Shown piece by piece: positions 7,153 through 15,102 of a stretch of 32,000 nucleotides of DNA; position 1 is the first letter of the stretch, and every line of letters starts with the position of its first letter. Origin of the DNA: Sinorhizobium meliloti (GTDB lineage Bacteria; Pseudomonadota; Alphaproteobacteria; Rhizobiales; Rhizobiaceae). Below the pieces are notes generated by a model that saw only the letters and a list, made by a program, of their open reading frames with translations, did no database searches and was not told the DNA's origin. The DNA lies in contig NZ_JAGIOS010000002.1 in NCBI RefSeq assembly GCF_017876815.1, positions 480,001-512,000 on the forward strand, in the 5' to 3' direction. The translations under genes were made by a program, and so were the position numbers.

Positions 7153-7256
7153 CGTCACAGGGATCCAGCCAGACCAAGTCCTTGGGCTGAAACAACGCTT
7201 CCCGCGCCGCAGACGCGGCGCTGCTCTCATCTCTGTGACAAGCACAGAGATGAGAG
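7153..7256. repeat. RIME/REP-like mosaic of three palindromic hairpins between convergent genes
   Basis: ATCCCTGTG-ctcgt-CACAGGGAT (7153-7175), GCGCCGC-agac-GCGGCGC (7204-7221) and CTCTCATCTCTGTG-acaag-CACAGAGATGAGAG (7224-7256). The CCCTGTG..CACAGGGAT type palindrome is familiar from rhizobial intergenic mosaic elements, from memory and not verified. Confidence 0.55.
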
Positions 7257-7361
7257 CGAGGAGAAATTGCGCCCGGCTACCTTGTCCGCACCGCCCTACG
7301 CGTCGACAAAAGCAATCATCTTGAAGCAGCCGTCAAAACTCGAGATGAATCTCAACAGGCC

Positions 7362-8504
7362 TTAGCTGGAAGCTCGCCGCTCTTCTGCGACCGATTTTGC
7401 CTGCCGCGCCCTGGAGCGCGCCGAGCGCTGAAGAAAGCTCAGCAAGCGCTGTTCCTCCACACGCAGTTCGCTGTCCAAGCGCCCGCGCGCCTGAAGCTGC
7501 CGTGCCGAGATCGAGGCCGACTTGTCGGCGAGAGCGAGCACATCGGGATGAATGTAGCTGCTCCGGCTGATGGCGGGGGTGTTGTGAAGAACGGACGCAG
7601 CCGCTTCGCTCATCTGTTTGATCGTCGGCCACTCGCCCTGTTCGATCGAAGTCCGGGCGGCCGTGAAAGCCGCGAGAGTGCCGCCCCAGGTCCGGAATGT
7701 CTTTGCAGAAACCGCTGTTCCGGCCACATCTGAAAGGTACCGGTTGAGCCGCCCGGAATCGACCGGCCGCAGGACGTCGTTTTCATCCTTCCAAACGAAA
7801 AGCTGTCTGCCCGGCAGATCCGCGATCTCTTCGAGCAACTGCTGCAATTTGGGGCGGCGGAGCAGGCGCTGGACGCGCTTGCCGCCCTTGCCGATGAATT
7901 TCAGCTCTATGAAGCCATCGCCCAGCCTGAGATGCCGCTTCAGCAGCGTCGTGGCACCATAGCTCCCATTGGCCTGCACGTAAGCCTGGTTGCCGGTGCG
8001 CAGATGGGCTTCGTCCAGCAGGGCCACCAGCGCAGCGAGCACGGTTTGCATGTTTTCCACGTCGCCCTGCATGTGGCGCCGTATGGTGCGGCGTATCTTG
8101 GGCAATGCCTTGCCGAATTCCACCAGTTGCGCGAATTTGTCGGCGCTCCTGAGAGCCTGCCACTCGCTGTGATAGCGGTACTGTTTTCGTCCGCGCGCAT
8201 CGTAGCCCGTAGCCTGCAGATGCCCCCGTTCTTCGAGGCAGATCCAGACGTTGTCATAGGCAGGCGGCAGGCCCAGCGCCGCTATGCGGCTTTTGATCAA
8301 CGGATCGGTAACGATCGAGCCGTCCGGCATTCGGTAGACAAACCCCTTGCCACGCCTTTGCCGCCGGATGCCCGGTTCGCTGTCGCTGACATAGACGAGC
8401 CCGGTTTCCTCGGGCACGTGACCGGCCGCCGCCAGGTTCCGCGGACCATCCGCGATCACGCAAGGCGGACATTCGAGCACGTCGACCGACGTTGCTCTAG
8501 CCAT
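7362..8504 (-). CDS. Bacterial (poxvirus-like) type IB DNA topoisomerase
   Basis: Start taken at ATG 8504-8502 (MARATSV...), with GGAGGGAGG just upstream. Family-typical GLVYVSDSEPGIRRQRRGKGFVY, HLQATGYDARGRKQYRYH, KFIGKGGKRV, SAKTFRTWGGT and a C-terminal catalytic-Tyr context SRSSYIHPDV. The start overlaps the glgX stop by 8 nt. Confidence 0.85.
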   Translation of the reverse strand: MARATSVDVLECPPCVIADGPRNLAAAGHVPEETGLVYVSDSEPGIRRQRRGKGFVYRMPDGSIVTDPLIKSRIAALGLPPAYDNVWICLEERGHLQATGYDARGRKQYRYHSEWQALRSADKFAQLVEFGKALPKIRRTIRRHMQGDVENMQTVLAALVALLDEAHLRTGNQAYVQANGSYGATTLLKRHLRLGDGFIELKFIGKGGKRVQRLLRRPKLQQLLEEIADLPGRQLFVWKDENDVLRPVDSGRLNRYLSDVAGTAVSAKTFRTWGGTLAAFTAARTSIEQGEWPTIKQMSEAAASVLHNTPAISRSSYIHPDVLALADKSASISARQLQARGRLDSELRVEEQRLLSFLQRSARSRARQAKSVAEERRASS

Positions 8505-10593
8505 TGCCTCCCTCCTGCGGCACGAAGGCGACGACGCTCTGCGCCGGGATAGTGTTGCGATCCGCGCTGGCGCGCATGCCGAACGGTTCGTCGGCTGCCG
8601 TGTCGAGCACGCGTAGCCAGCGCCTGCTTCCATTTCCGTGGGGCAGGGCTATCTCGCAATCACCGCCGGCATTGAGCACGAGGACGATCTCGCCGGCCGG
8701 CGGAGCTTCGACCTGCCCGACACGGCAGATATAGGCGCAGATCAGGCGGAGCTCAGCGTCGTGCCAGGCGTCCTCGTCCATCGGGTTGCCATCCGCCTTG
8801 TACCAGGCGATTTCGACTCGTCCATTGTCGTCGGGCTCTCCGTCGAGGAATCGTTCCTGCCGCAGGACAGGATGGTCCTTGCGGAAGGCGAGGAGCTTTC
8901 GGCAGAAATCCACGAAGCCATCGTCCGCCCCGCTCCAATCGAGCCAACCGATCTCGTTATCCTGGCAATAGGCGTTGTTGTTGCCCTGCTGGCTGTTTCC
9001 CAGCTCGTCGCCGCCGAGCACCATCGGCACGCCCTGGCTGATCATCAGGGTGGCGAGCATGGCCGCCCGCCGTCGCTTGCGGGCCTCGATGATCTCTCCG
9101 TTGTCGGTTGGGCCTTCGGCGCCCATGTTGTCGGAATGATTGTCGGAGTGACCGTCCCGGTTCTCCTCGCCGTTCGCCTCGTTGTGCTTTTCGCCGTACG
9201 AGACCGTGTCTGTCAGGGTGAAGCCGTCATGGGCGCTTACCAGGTTGATCGACGAGGTCGCGGCACGATCCGAATGCCTGAACTGAACCGGCGAGCCGAG
9301 AATGCGCTCGGCAAGCACCGGAACCATGCCGCCATCTCCCTTCCAGAAGCGCCGGACATCGTCGCGGAACCGGTCGTTCCATTCGCGGAACGGCGGCGGG
9401 AAACCGCCGAGCTGATAGCCGCCCTCGCCGACGTCCCAGGGTTCGGCGATCAGCTTCACACCCGCCAGAATCGGATCCTGCCGGATCGCGTCGAAAAAGC
9501 CGCCTTCGCGATCGAACTCCATGTATTCGCGGCCGAGCGTGCTTGCGAGATCGAAGCGGAAGCCGTCGATATGCATCACGCCCACCCAGTAACGCAGGCT
9601 GTCGAAGACCATGCGCAGCACCAGGGGATGGGCAACATTGAGCGTGTTGCCGGTGCCCGTCGTGTCGTAGGTGTGGCGCGGCTTGTCCGGCGACTGGCGG
9701 TAATAGCTGAAATTGTCGAGCCCGCGGAAGCTCAAGGTCGGGCCGCGTTCCGAACCCTCGGCCGTATGGTTGTAGACGACATCCATCAGAACTTCGATGC
9801 CGGCGGAATGAAACCGCTTCACCATCGTCTTGAATTCGGTAAAGCGGTCGCCCTTGAGATAGCGCTCGTGGGGAGCGAAGAATCCGAGCGTCTGATATCC
9901 CCAATAATTTCTGAGGTTCCGCTCCACCAGGTAGCGGTCGTCGAGGAAATACTGCACCGGCATCAATTCGATCGCCGAAACGCCGAGCTTCGTCAAGTGC
10001 TCGATGATCGGATCGCTCGCCATGCCGAGAAACGTGCCACGCAGCTCGTCCGGCACGCCGGGATGCGTCATGGTCATGCCGCGGACATGCGCCTCGTAGA
10101 TGATCGTTTCGGTCCAGGGACGGCGGATCGCTTCTTCGCCCGCCCAGTCGAAAGTCGGGTCCTGAACGACGCCCTTTACCATGAAGGGGGCGCTGTCGCG
10201 CTCGTCGAAGGAAAGATCGCCCTCAGGGCTGCCGATCGTATAGCCGAAGAGGGCATCGTCCCAGATGAGCTCACCCGCGACCAGCTTGGCGTAGGGGTCG
10301 AGCAGCAGCTTGTTCGGATTGAAGCGGTGACCATTGTGCGGGTCGTAAGGTCCGTGGGCGCGGTAGCCATAGAGGGTGCCGGGACCGATACCCTCGATGT
10401 AACCGGACCAGATATCGCCCTCGCGCTTCGGCAGAGGCATACGCGCCGTTTCCTCGCGTCCATCCTCGGAAAACAGGCAGAGTTCGATCTTCTCCGCATG
10501 CGCCGAGAAGACCGCAAAATGCGTCCCCTGCCCGGTGTATTCTGCACCGAGTTCAGGTTTCATGAAATCGAGTTCTGAAAAAGTCAGGTTCAT
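8497..10593 (-). CDS. glgX: Glycogen debranching enzyme GlgX (GH13 isoamylase type)
   Basis: 698 aa. LGAEYTGQGTHFAVFSAHAEKIELCLF, YGYRAHGPYDPHNGHRFNPNKLLLDPYAK, VYNHTAEG, DGFRFDLAS, EPWD and VSAHDGFTL are the GH13 conserved regions. GAGGG precedes ATG 10593. Confidence 0.92.
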   Translation of the reverse strand: MNLTFSELDFMKPELGAEYTGQGTHFAVFSAHAEKIELCLFSEDGREETARMPLPKREGDIWSGYIEGIGPGTLYGYRAHGPYDPHNGHRFNPNKLLLDPYAKLVAGELIWDDALFGYTIGSPEGDLSFDERDSAPFMVKGVVQDPTFDWAGEEAIRRPWTETIIYEAHVRGMTMTHPGVPDELRGTFLGMASDPIIEHLTKLGVSAIELMPVQYFLDDRYLVERNLRNYWGYQTLGFFAPHERYLKGDRFTEFKTMVKRFHSAGIEVLMDVVYNHTAEGSERGPTLSFRGLDNFSYYRQSPDKPRHTYDTTGTGNTLNVAHPLVLRMVFDSLRYWVGVMHIDGFRFDLASTLGREYMEFDREGGFFDAIRQDPILAGVKLIAEPWDVGEGGYQLGGFPPPFREWNDRFRDDVRRFWKGDGGMVPVLAERILGSPVQFRHSDRAATSSINLVSAHDGFTLTDTVSYGEKHNEANGEENRDGHSDNHSDNMGAEGPTDNGEIIEARKRRRAAMLATLMISQGVPMVLGGDELGNSQQGNNNAYCQDNEIGWLDWSGADDGFVDFCRKLLAFRKDHPVLRQERFLDGEPDDNGRVEIAWYKADGNPMDEDAWHDAELRLICAYICRVGQVEAPPAGEIVLVLNAGGDCEIALPHGNGSRRWLRVLDTAADEPFGMRASADRNTIPAQSVVAFVPQEGGNG

Positions 10594-10634
10594 TCAGTCG
10601 CGCCCTCTACCGCCTTGCCCGGCAGCTTTGATGC

Positions 10635-10659
10635 AACGCGACGGGCAGGCATTTGTTCC
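10635..10659 (-). promoter_or_regulatory. EcfG-type promoter, perfect GGAAC-N16-CGTT, upstream of glgX-topIB
   Basis: The minus strand reads GGAAC AAATGCCTGCCCGTCG CGTT. The -10 ends 42 nt upstream of the glgX ATG (10593). Confidence 0.7.
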
Positions 10660-10680
10660 TCTCCCCGAACGGGTGCCGGG

Positions 10681-10706
10681 GGAACTTTCCCAGCCTTCGG
10701 CCAGTT
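10681..10706 (+). promoter_or_regulatory. EcfG-like promoter, GGAAC-N17-AGTT, upstream of treZ
   Basis: GGAAC TTTCCCAGCCTTCGGCC AGTT, 30 nt upstream of ATG 10736. It is back-to-back with the glgX promoter motif. Confidence 0.45.
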
Positions 10707-10735
10707 CCTCGCCTTTCATCTCGAGGGACATATCG

Positions 10736-12541
10736 ATGCCGGCAGGTTCGACGCGTGCACATTTCAGAAACAGCTGGGGCGCGAATTTCATCGACGGCGA
10801 CACATGCCGGTTTCGTTTGTGGGCTCCCGACGAGCGGGGCGTCGATCTGGTTCTCGGCGGCGCCGCGCATAAGATGCAGTCGCTCGACGGCGGCTGGTTC
10901 GAAATCACGCTCGCGGCGAAGGCGGGAGAGCGCTATTGCTTCCGCCTTGCCGACGGCACCAAGGTGGCCGATCCCGCCTCCTCGGCACAGGAGCGGGAAG
11001 CGTCGGGTACTTCGATCGTCGTCGATCACGCCGCCTATGAATGGCAGGCTTTCTCCTGGCGCGGCAGGCCCTGGGAGGAGGCGGTCATTTCGGAGTTGCA
11101 TGTCGGCTGCTTCACGCCGGAGGGCACCTTCCGCGCTGCAATCGAGCGCTTGCCGCATCTGGCAGAGGCCGGAATCACTGCGATCGAGATCATGCCCGTC
11201 GCGCAATTCCCCGGTGTGCGGGGCTGGGGCTACGACGGCGTGCTGCACTATGCTCCGCACAATGCCTACGGGAAGCCGGATGACCTGAAGGCGCTCGTGG
11301 ATGCGGCCCATTCGCTGGGTCTGACGGTCCTGCTCGATGTCGTTTACAACCACTTCGGCCCGGAGGGGAATTATCTTTCGCGCTATGCGAGCCGCTTCTT
11401 CAACAAGGATCGCCCGACACCGTGGGGGGCGTCGATCGCCTTCGAGGAGGAAGCGGTCCGGCGCTATTTCATCGAGAACGCGCTCTACTGGCTCGGCCAT
11501 TTCCGTTTCGACGGATTGCGTCTCGATGCGACCGAACAGATCCGCGATACGACCAAGCCGCATTTTCTCGTCGCGCTGGAGCACGAGCTTCGGCACACGT
11601 TCGCCGAGCGGCAAATCCACCTGGTGCTGGAAGACGCTCACCGCCGCAGAAGCCTTCTGCAGCGCGACGCGAGCGGCGCGCGCATGCTTTTCGATGCGGC
11701 ATGGAACGACGATCTTCACAATGCCCTCCACGTCGTGGCGACCGGCGAAACCAAGGGCCACTATCGCCTTTTCGCGGACGAGCCCTGGGGCAAGATCCGC
11801 AACGCGCTGACCGAAGGCTTCGCCGTGCCGGCAAAGGAGGACAATTTCTCTCCTGAGGGGAGCCGAGCCCGCGTGCCGCCGCAAGGCCGCGTGAATTTCC
11901 TGCAGAACCACGACCAGATCGGCAACCGCGCCTTCGGCGAACGTCTCGCCTCGCTCCTCCAGGAGGACAGCCTGCGCGTGTTGGCGGCCATGCACATGCT
12001 GACGCCGCAAATCCCTCTCCTGTTCATGGGTGAAGAATACGGCGAGACGCAGCCCTTCTTTTTCTTCTCCGACTACCAGGGGGAAATAGCCGAGGCTATC
12101 CGGCTGGGACGCCGGGACGAAGCCGAAAATTTCGGCGGCCTTCCAGAGGGCAAGACGATGGATGATCTGCCCGATCCGCTCGACCCGGACGTCTTTGCCG
12201 GTTCGAAGCTACGTTGGAACCGCGCGACAAGCCCTGCCGGCGAGCGGCATCTTGCCTATATGCGCGACCTCGCCGGGATAAGGCAGCGGCACATCGTACC
12301 GCTGATCGCCGGCACCGCCGTACCGGATGGCCGTGCATACGAGACCAAGGACGGCATCATCGCTGTCGACTGGCAGTTCGGGGAGGCTTGCCTGGAATTG
12401 CGCGTCAATCTTTTGCACGAGACACACGCCGTACCCGCAATACGCGGTCAGCCGATCTTCGCGAGCGAAACGTCCGGTGTCGAGACCGTCTACGGCAGCG
12501 AGTTGGCCGGCCCTGGCATCGTCGTCGCCATTGCACGGTGA
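10736..12541 (+). CDS. treZ: Malto-oligosyltrehalose trehalohydrolase TreZ (GH13)
   Basis: ATG 10736 is preceded by GAGGGA. HFRNSWGANFIDGDTCRFRLWAP is a typical TreZ N-terminus. Also VYNHFGPEGNYL, DGLRLDATEQI, VLEDA and NHDQIGNRAFGERL. Confidence 0.9.
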   Translation: MPAGSTRAHFRNSWGANFIDGDTCRFRLWAPDERGVDLVLGGAAHKMQSLDGGWFEITLAAKAGERYCFRLADGTKVADPASSAQEREASGTSIVVDHAAYEWQAFSWRGRPWEEAVISELHVGCFTPEGTFRAAIERLPHLAEAGITAIEIMPVAQFPGVRGWGYDGVLHYAPHNAYGKPDDLKALVDAAHSLGLTVLLDVVYNHFGPEGNYLSRYASRFFNKDRPTPWGASIAFEEEAVRRYFIENALYWLGHFRFDGLRLDATEQIRDTTKPHFLVALEHELRHTFAERQIHLVLEDAHRRRSLLQRDASGARMLFDAAWNDDLHNALHVVATGETKGHYRLFADEPWGKIRNALTEGFAVPAKEDNFSPEGSRARVPPQGRVNFLQNHDQIGNRAFGERLASLLQEDSLRVLAAMHMLTPQIPLLFMGEEYGETQPFFFFSDYQGEIAEAIRLGRRDEAENFGGLPEGKTMDDLPDPLDPDVFAGSKLRWNRATSPAGERHLAYMRDLAGIRQRHIVPLIAGTAVPDGRAYETKDGIIAVDWQFGEACLELRVNLLHETHAVPAIRGQPIFASETSGVETVYGSELAGPGIVVAIAR

Positions 12542-12560
12542 CACGCCATCGGCAGACAGT

Positions 12561-12585
12561 GGAACATGCCCTGAGCCTCACGGTT
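12561..12585 (+). promoter_or_regulatory. EcfG-like promoter, GGAAC-N16-GGTT, upstream of the UdgX-like gene
   Basis: GGAAC ATGCCCTGAGCCTCAC GGTT in the 86-nt treZ-udgX gap, 43 nt upstream of ATG 12628. Confidence 0.5.
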
Positions 12586-12627
12586 AGACATCGCGGCGAG
12601 AACAAAGAGGGAGAGTCTCGAGGAACG

Positions 12628-13269
12628 ATGCCGAAACAGCTTGCGAACCTTGGCCCGGCCCTTGCCGGCGAACACGCCGAGGCAACGACGATTGCCTCTC
12701 TGCGGCGGCAGGCGGAGGGGTGCGAGCGCTGCGACCTCTACAAGAACGCTACGCAACTGGTCTTCGGCGAGGGTCCGGTCGACGCCCGTGTCGTGCTCGT
12801 CGGCGAACAGCCCGGCGACCGCGAGGACCTTGCCGGGCGCCCGTTCGTCGGACCCGCCGGGCGCATCCTGGACGAGTGCCTGCACGAAGCCGGCATCGAC
12901 CGGTCGGAATGCTATCTCACCAATGCCGTTAAACACTTCAAATTCGAACAGCGCGGCAAGCGCCGAATGCATTCGCGGCCGAACGCCGGTGAGATTCAGG
13001 CCTGCGCCTGGTGGCTCGGCGCCGAACTCGATGAGCTCCGCCCCGAAATCGTCGTCGCGCTCGGGGCAACGGCGCTGATGTCCCTGCTCGGGCGAAGCGT
13101 GGGTGTCACCAGGAACCGCGGCCAGCTTCTGACGGCCCCCGGGGGCTTCTCCGTGCTCGTGACCATCCACCCCTCCTATCTTCTGAGAATCCGAGGCCGA
13201 TCCGACCCCGAAGCGGAACGCGCCCGGTTTGTCGACGATCTCGCTAAGGTGGCGACTCGCATCGGTTGA
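12628..13269 (+). CDS. udgX: Family-4-related uracil-DNA glycosylase of the UdgX type (GEQPG motif plus KRRMH loop)
   Basis: ATG 12628 is preceded by GAGGAA. Fe-S cysteines are present (CERCDL, ECYLTN, QACAW). Motif A is LVGEQPGDRED..GRPFVGPAG and motif B is IHPSYLLR. The insertion NAVKHFKFEQRGKRRMHSRP corresponds to the KRRIH loop that defines M. smegmatis UdgX. Confidence 0.8.
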   Translation: MPKQLANLGPALAGEHAEATTIASLRRQAEGCERCDLYKNATQLVFGEGPVDARVVLVGEQPGDREDLAGRPFVGPAGRILDECLHEAGIDRSECYLTNAVKHFKFEQRGKRRMHSRPNAGEIQACAWWLGAELDELRPEIVVALGATALMSLLGRSVGVTRNRGQLLTAPGGFSVLVTIHPSYLLRIRGRSDPEAERARFVDDLAKVATRIG

Positions 13270-13273
13270 CCGG

Positions 13274-13996
13274 TCAGGACTGCCGGTCGAGTTCCGGATA
13301 GTGGCGGAAGACGCAGGATTCGTTGAAGGCAAGCCGCCGCTCCGAGGCCAGATAGCTCAGAATTCTCGGCCGTGCACGAACGGCATCGTGCAAGGCGACC
13401 AGTCCGGGAATGTTTGTCTCATAGGCATCCATCGCCTTGGGAAAGGCATAGCGAAGTCCTTCGATCACCTGGAAAAGCGAAAGATCGACGTAGCTCAGCC
13501 GGTCCCCGACCATATGTTCCGGGCCCCTGGGATTTTGTGTGAGCACGCGTTCGAAATAGCCGAAAAACTTCGGCAGGCGCTCCGAGAGGAAATCGGCCGA
13601 CCGCCTCAGCGCTTCAGGCTTCTGGTCCTCATAATAGAGCGACAAGGCGACCGGATGGTGCGTGTCGTGAATCTCCGCGACGAAGTCGGTGATCGTCAGC
13701 TGCAGACCATTGGTGAGGGTTCGAAGCCTCTCGTCCTCAGCAACGAGGCCGAGCCTCGGCCCGAGATAAAAAAGTATGTTGGCGACGTGGCTTATGACGA
13801 GGTCGCCATCGATGAGGAACGGGGGAGCGAAGGGAGCGGCGGCTTCACCGGGCATCTTCATCAGCTTCAGCATTTCATTCGTGCCGCCCGGCTGGCGGGC
13901 AATGTCGAGGTAATCCGCGCCGGCCTCCTCCAGCGCAAGGCGCACGAATTCACCTCGACCGGGAATGCCGTCCCAGTAATAGAGCTTGTATGGCAT
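13274..13996 (-). CDS. Glutathione S-transferase family protein
   Basis: Internal ATG 13996-13994 (MPYKLYYWDGIPGRGEFVRLALEEAGADY...). GST N-terminal thioredoxin-like and C-terminal helical pattern (SYVDLSLFQVIEGL). Confidence 0.8.
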   Translation of the reverse strand: MPYKLYYWDGIPGRGEFVRLALEEAGADYLDIARQPGGTNEMLKLMKMPGEAAAPFAPPFLIDGDLVISHVANILFYLGPRLGLVAEDERLRTLTNGLQLTITDFVAEIHDTHHPVALSLYYEDQKPEALRRSADFLSERLPKFFGYFERVLTQNPRGPEHMVGDRLSYVDLSLFQVIEGLRYAFPKAMDAYETNIPGLVALHDAVRARPRILSYLASERRLAFNESCVFRHYPELDRQS

Positions 13997-14189
13997 GAAA
14001 GGTCCCCTTCTTTGCCAGCATTCATCTTGGTTCGCCGCCGAAGTCTTTTCCTGGCTCGTTCTCGCCTTTCGCGAACCCCCGTGCTCCGAGCTATCTTCTT
14101 GTATCGGCACGATTGAAGGAAAAATACAGCCGCGGAATTCGTTCCGGTTCGGCAGGGAAACAGAACATCCTGCGTCGAGGAGAAAACCA

Positions 14190-14729
14190 ATGAAAATCGA
14201 AGAGCTCATGTTCGCCGAAAGCGGCGGCGTACCAAACAACCCGCGCCTGCCGGTCCTGGTCTATCGTCAAGCGATCGACGTTACGGAAAATGGAGCCACA
14301 CGGATAGAGGAAAGCTTCAGGGCCAATGGTTGGCGCGGCCTGTGGCGCGACGGCGTCTTTGCCCATCACCATTACCATTGCGGTGCGCACGAGGTTCTCG
14401 GGATCGCGGAAGGCCGGGCACGGCTGCTGATCGGAGGGCCGGACGGTCAGGAGGTCGAGGTCGCTGCCGGCGACGCCATCCTCCTCCCCGCGGGTACGGG
14501 CCACCGCCGGAACGAAGCAAGCGTGGATTTCCTGGTCGTCGGCGGCTATCCGCCGGGGCAGGACGCCGGGATTCAGAGCGGCGCCGCGACCGCGGATGAC
14601 CGTGAGGCGATCGTCTCGGTGCCGCTGCCGAGCCTTGACCCCATTCTCGGCGCCGAGGGACCTGCGGTCACGGTCTGGCAGTCCGCCATGCATGCGGAAC
14701 GCGGTCTCGGCGAACGACAGGGCCACTGA
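14190..14729 (+). CDS. Cupin domain protein (YjlB-like)
   Basis: ATG 14190 is preceded by GGAGAA. HHHYHCGAHEVLGIAEGRARLLIGG...GDAILLPAGTGH is a cupin two-motif pattern. Confidence 0.7.
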   Translation: MKIEELMFAESGGVPNNPRLPVLVYRQAIDVTENGATRIEESFRANGWRGLWRDGVFAHHHYHCGAHEVLGIAEGRARLLIGGPDGQEVEVAAGDAILLPAGTGHRRNEASVDFLVVGGYPPGQDAGIQSGAATADDREAIVSVPLPSLDPILGAEGPAVTVWQSAMHAERGLGERQGH

Positions 14730-14745
14730 TCACTCGCCGCAATCG

Positions 14746-14961
14746 TCAGCGCAGCCAGACGGGGAGATCGGCGGCCGTGCGGCAGCCCGCTGGCCGCTCT
14801 TTCAGTCCCAATTTTTCCCAGGCGAATTTCTGGGCCGCGACCTGTGCCATTTCCTTGGTCTCGTAGATGTCCGGCAGCACATATGCCTTACGGCCACACG
14901 ACAGGAGCGCCCTGTGACTCAGCAGATCGTAGTGAAGCTCGAGGTATTCTTCGGAATGCAT
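14746..14961 (-). CDS. 71-aa hypothetical protein
   Basis: Internal ATG 14961-14959 (MHSEEYLELHYDLL...) is preceded by GGGAGGG. A perfect EcfG motif lies 27 nt upstream. Confidence 0.5.
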   Translation of the reverse strand: MHSEEYLELHYDLLSHRALLSCGRKAYVLPDIYETKEMAQVAAQKFAWEKLGLKERPAGCRTAADLPVWLR

Positions 14962-14987
14962 GGAACCCTCCCAGGTGGCGAGAGGAA

Positions 14988-15012
14988 AACGGCGGCCGTC
15001 GCGGGAAGTTCC
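14988..15012 (-). promoter_or_regulatory. EcfG-type promoter, perfect GGAAC-N16-CGTT
   Basis: The minus strand reads GGAAC TTCCCGCGACGGCCGC CGTT, 27 nt upstream of ATG 14961. Confidence 0.65.
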
Positions 15013-15053
15013 ATGAAGCCCGCCGATTGCTGGGATGGCAAGGGCTGCCCGAC

Positions 15054-15078
15054 GGAACATAGACGTCGCTTCCGAGTT
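15054..15078 (+). promoter_or_regulatory. EcfG-like promoter, GGAAC-N16-AGTT
   Basis: GGAAC ATAGACGTCGCTTCCG AGTT, 25 nt upstream of ATG 15103 and 41 nt from the divergent 14988-15012 motif. Confidence 0.5.
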
Positions 15079-15102
15079 GATGACGCTTACGGGAGGTCAG
15101 TC

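Noticed and set aside
8638-10578. 646-aa ORF on the plus strand
   Set aside because: It is entirely antisense to glgX, whose product has unmistakable GH13 motifs. The translation is Arg/Ala/Gly/His-rich low complexity, typical of high-GC antisense frames.
10607-12010. 467-aa minus-strand ORF
   Set aside because: It is antisense to treZ and its start would lie inside treZ. No recognisable motifs.
14121-14145. GGAAC-N16-TTTT on the minus strand upstream of the GST gene
   Set aside because: The -10 does not resemble nGTT and it lies 125 nt from the start. It is too weak to claim.
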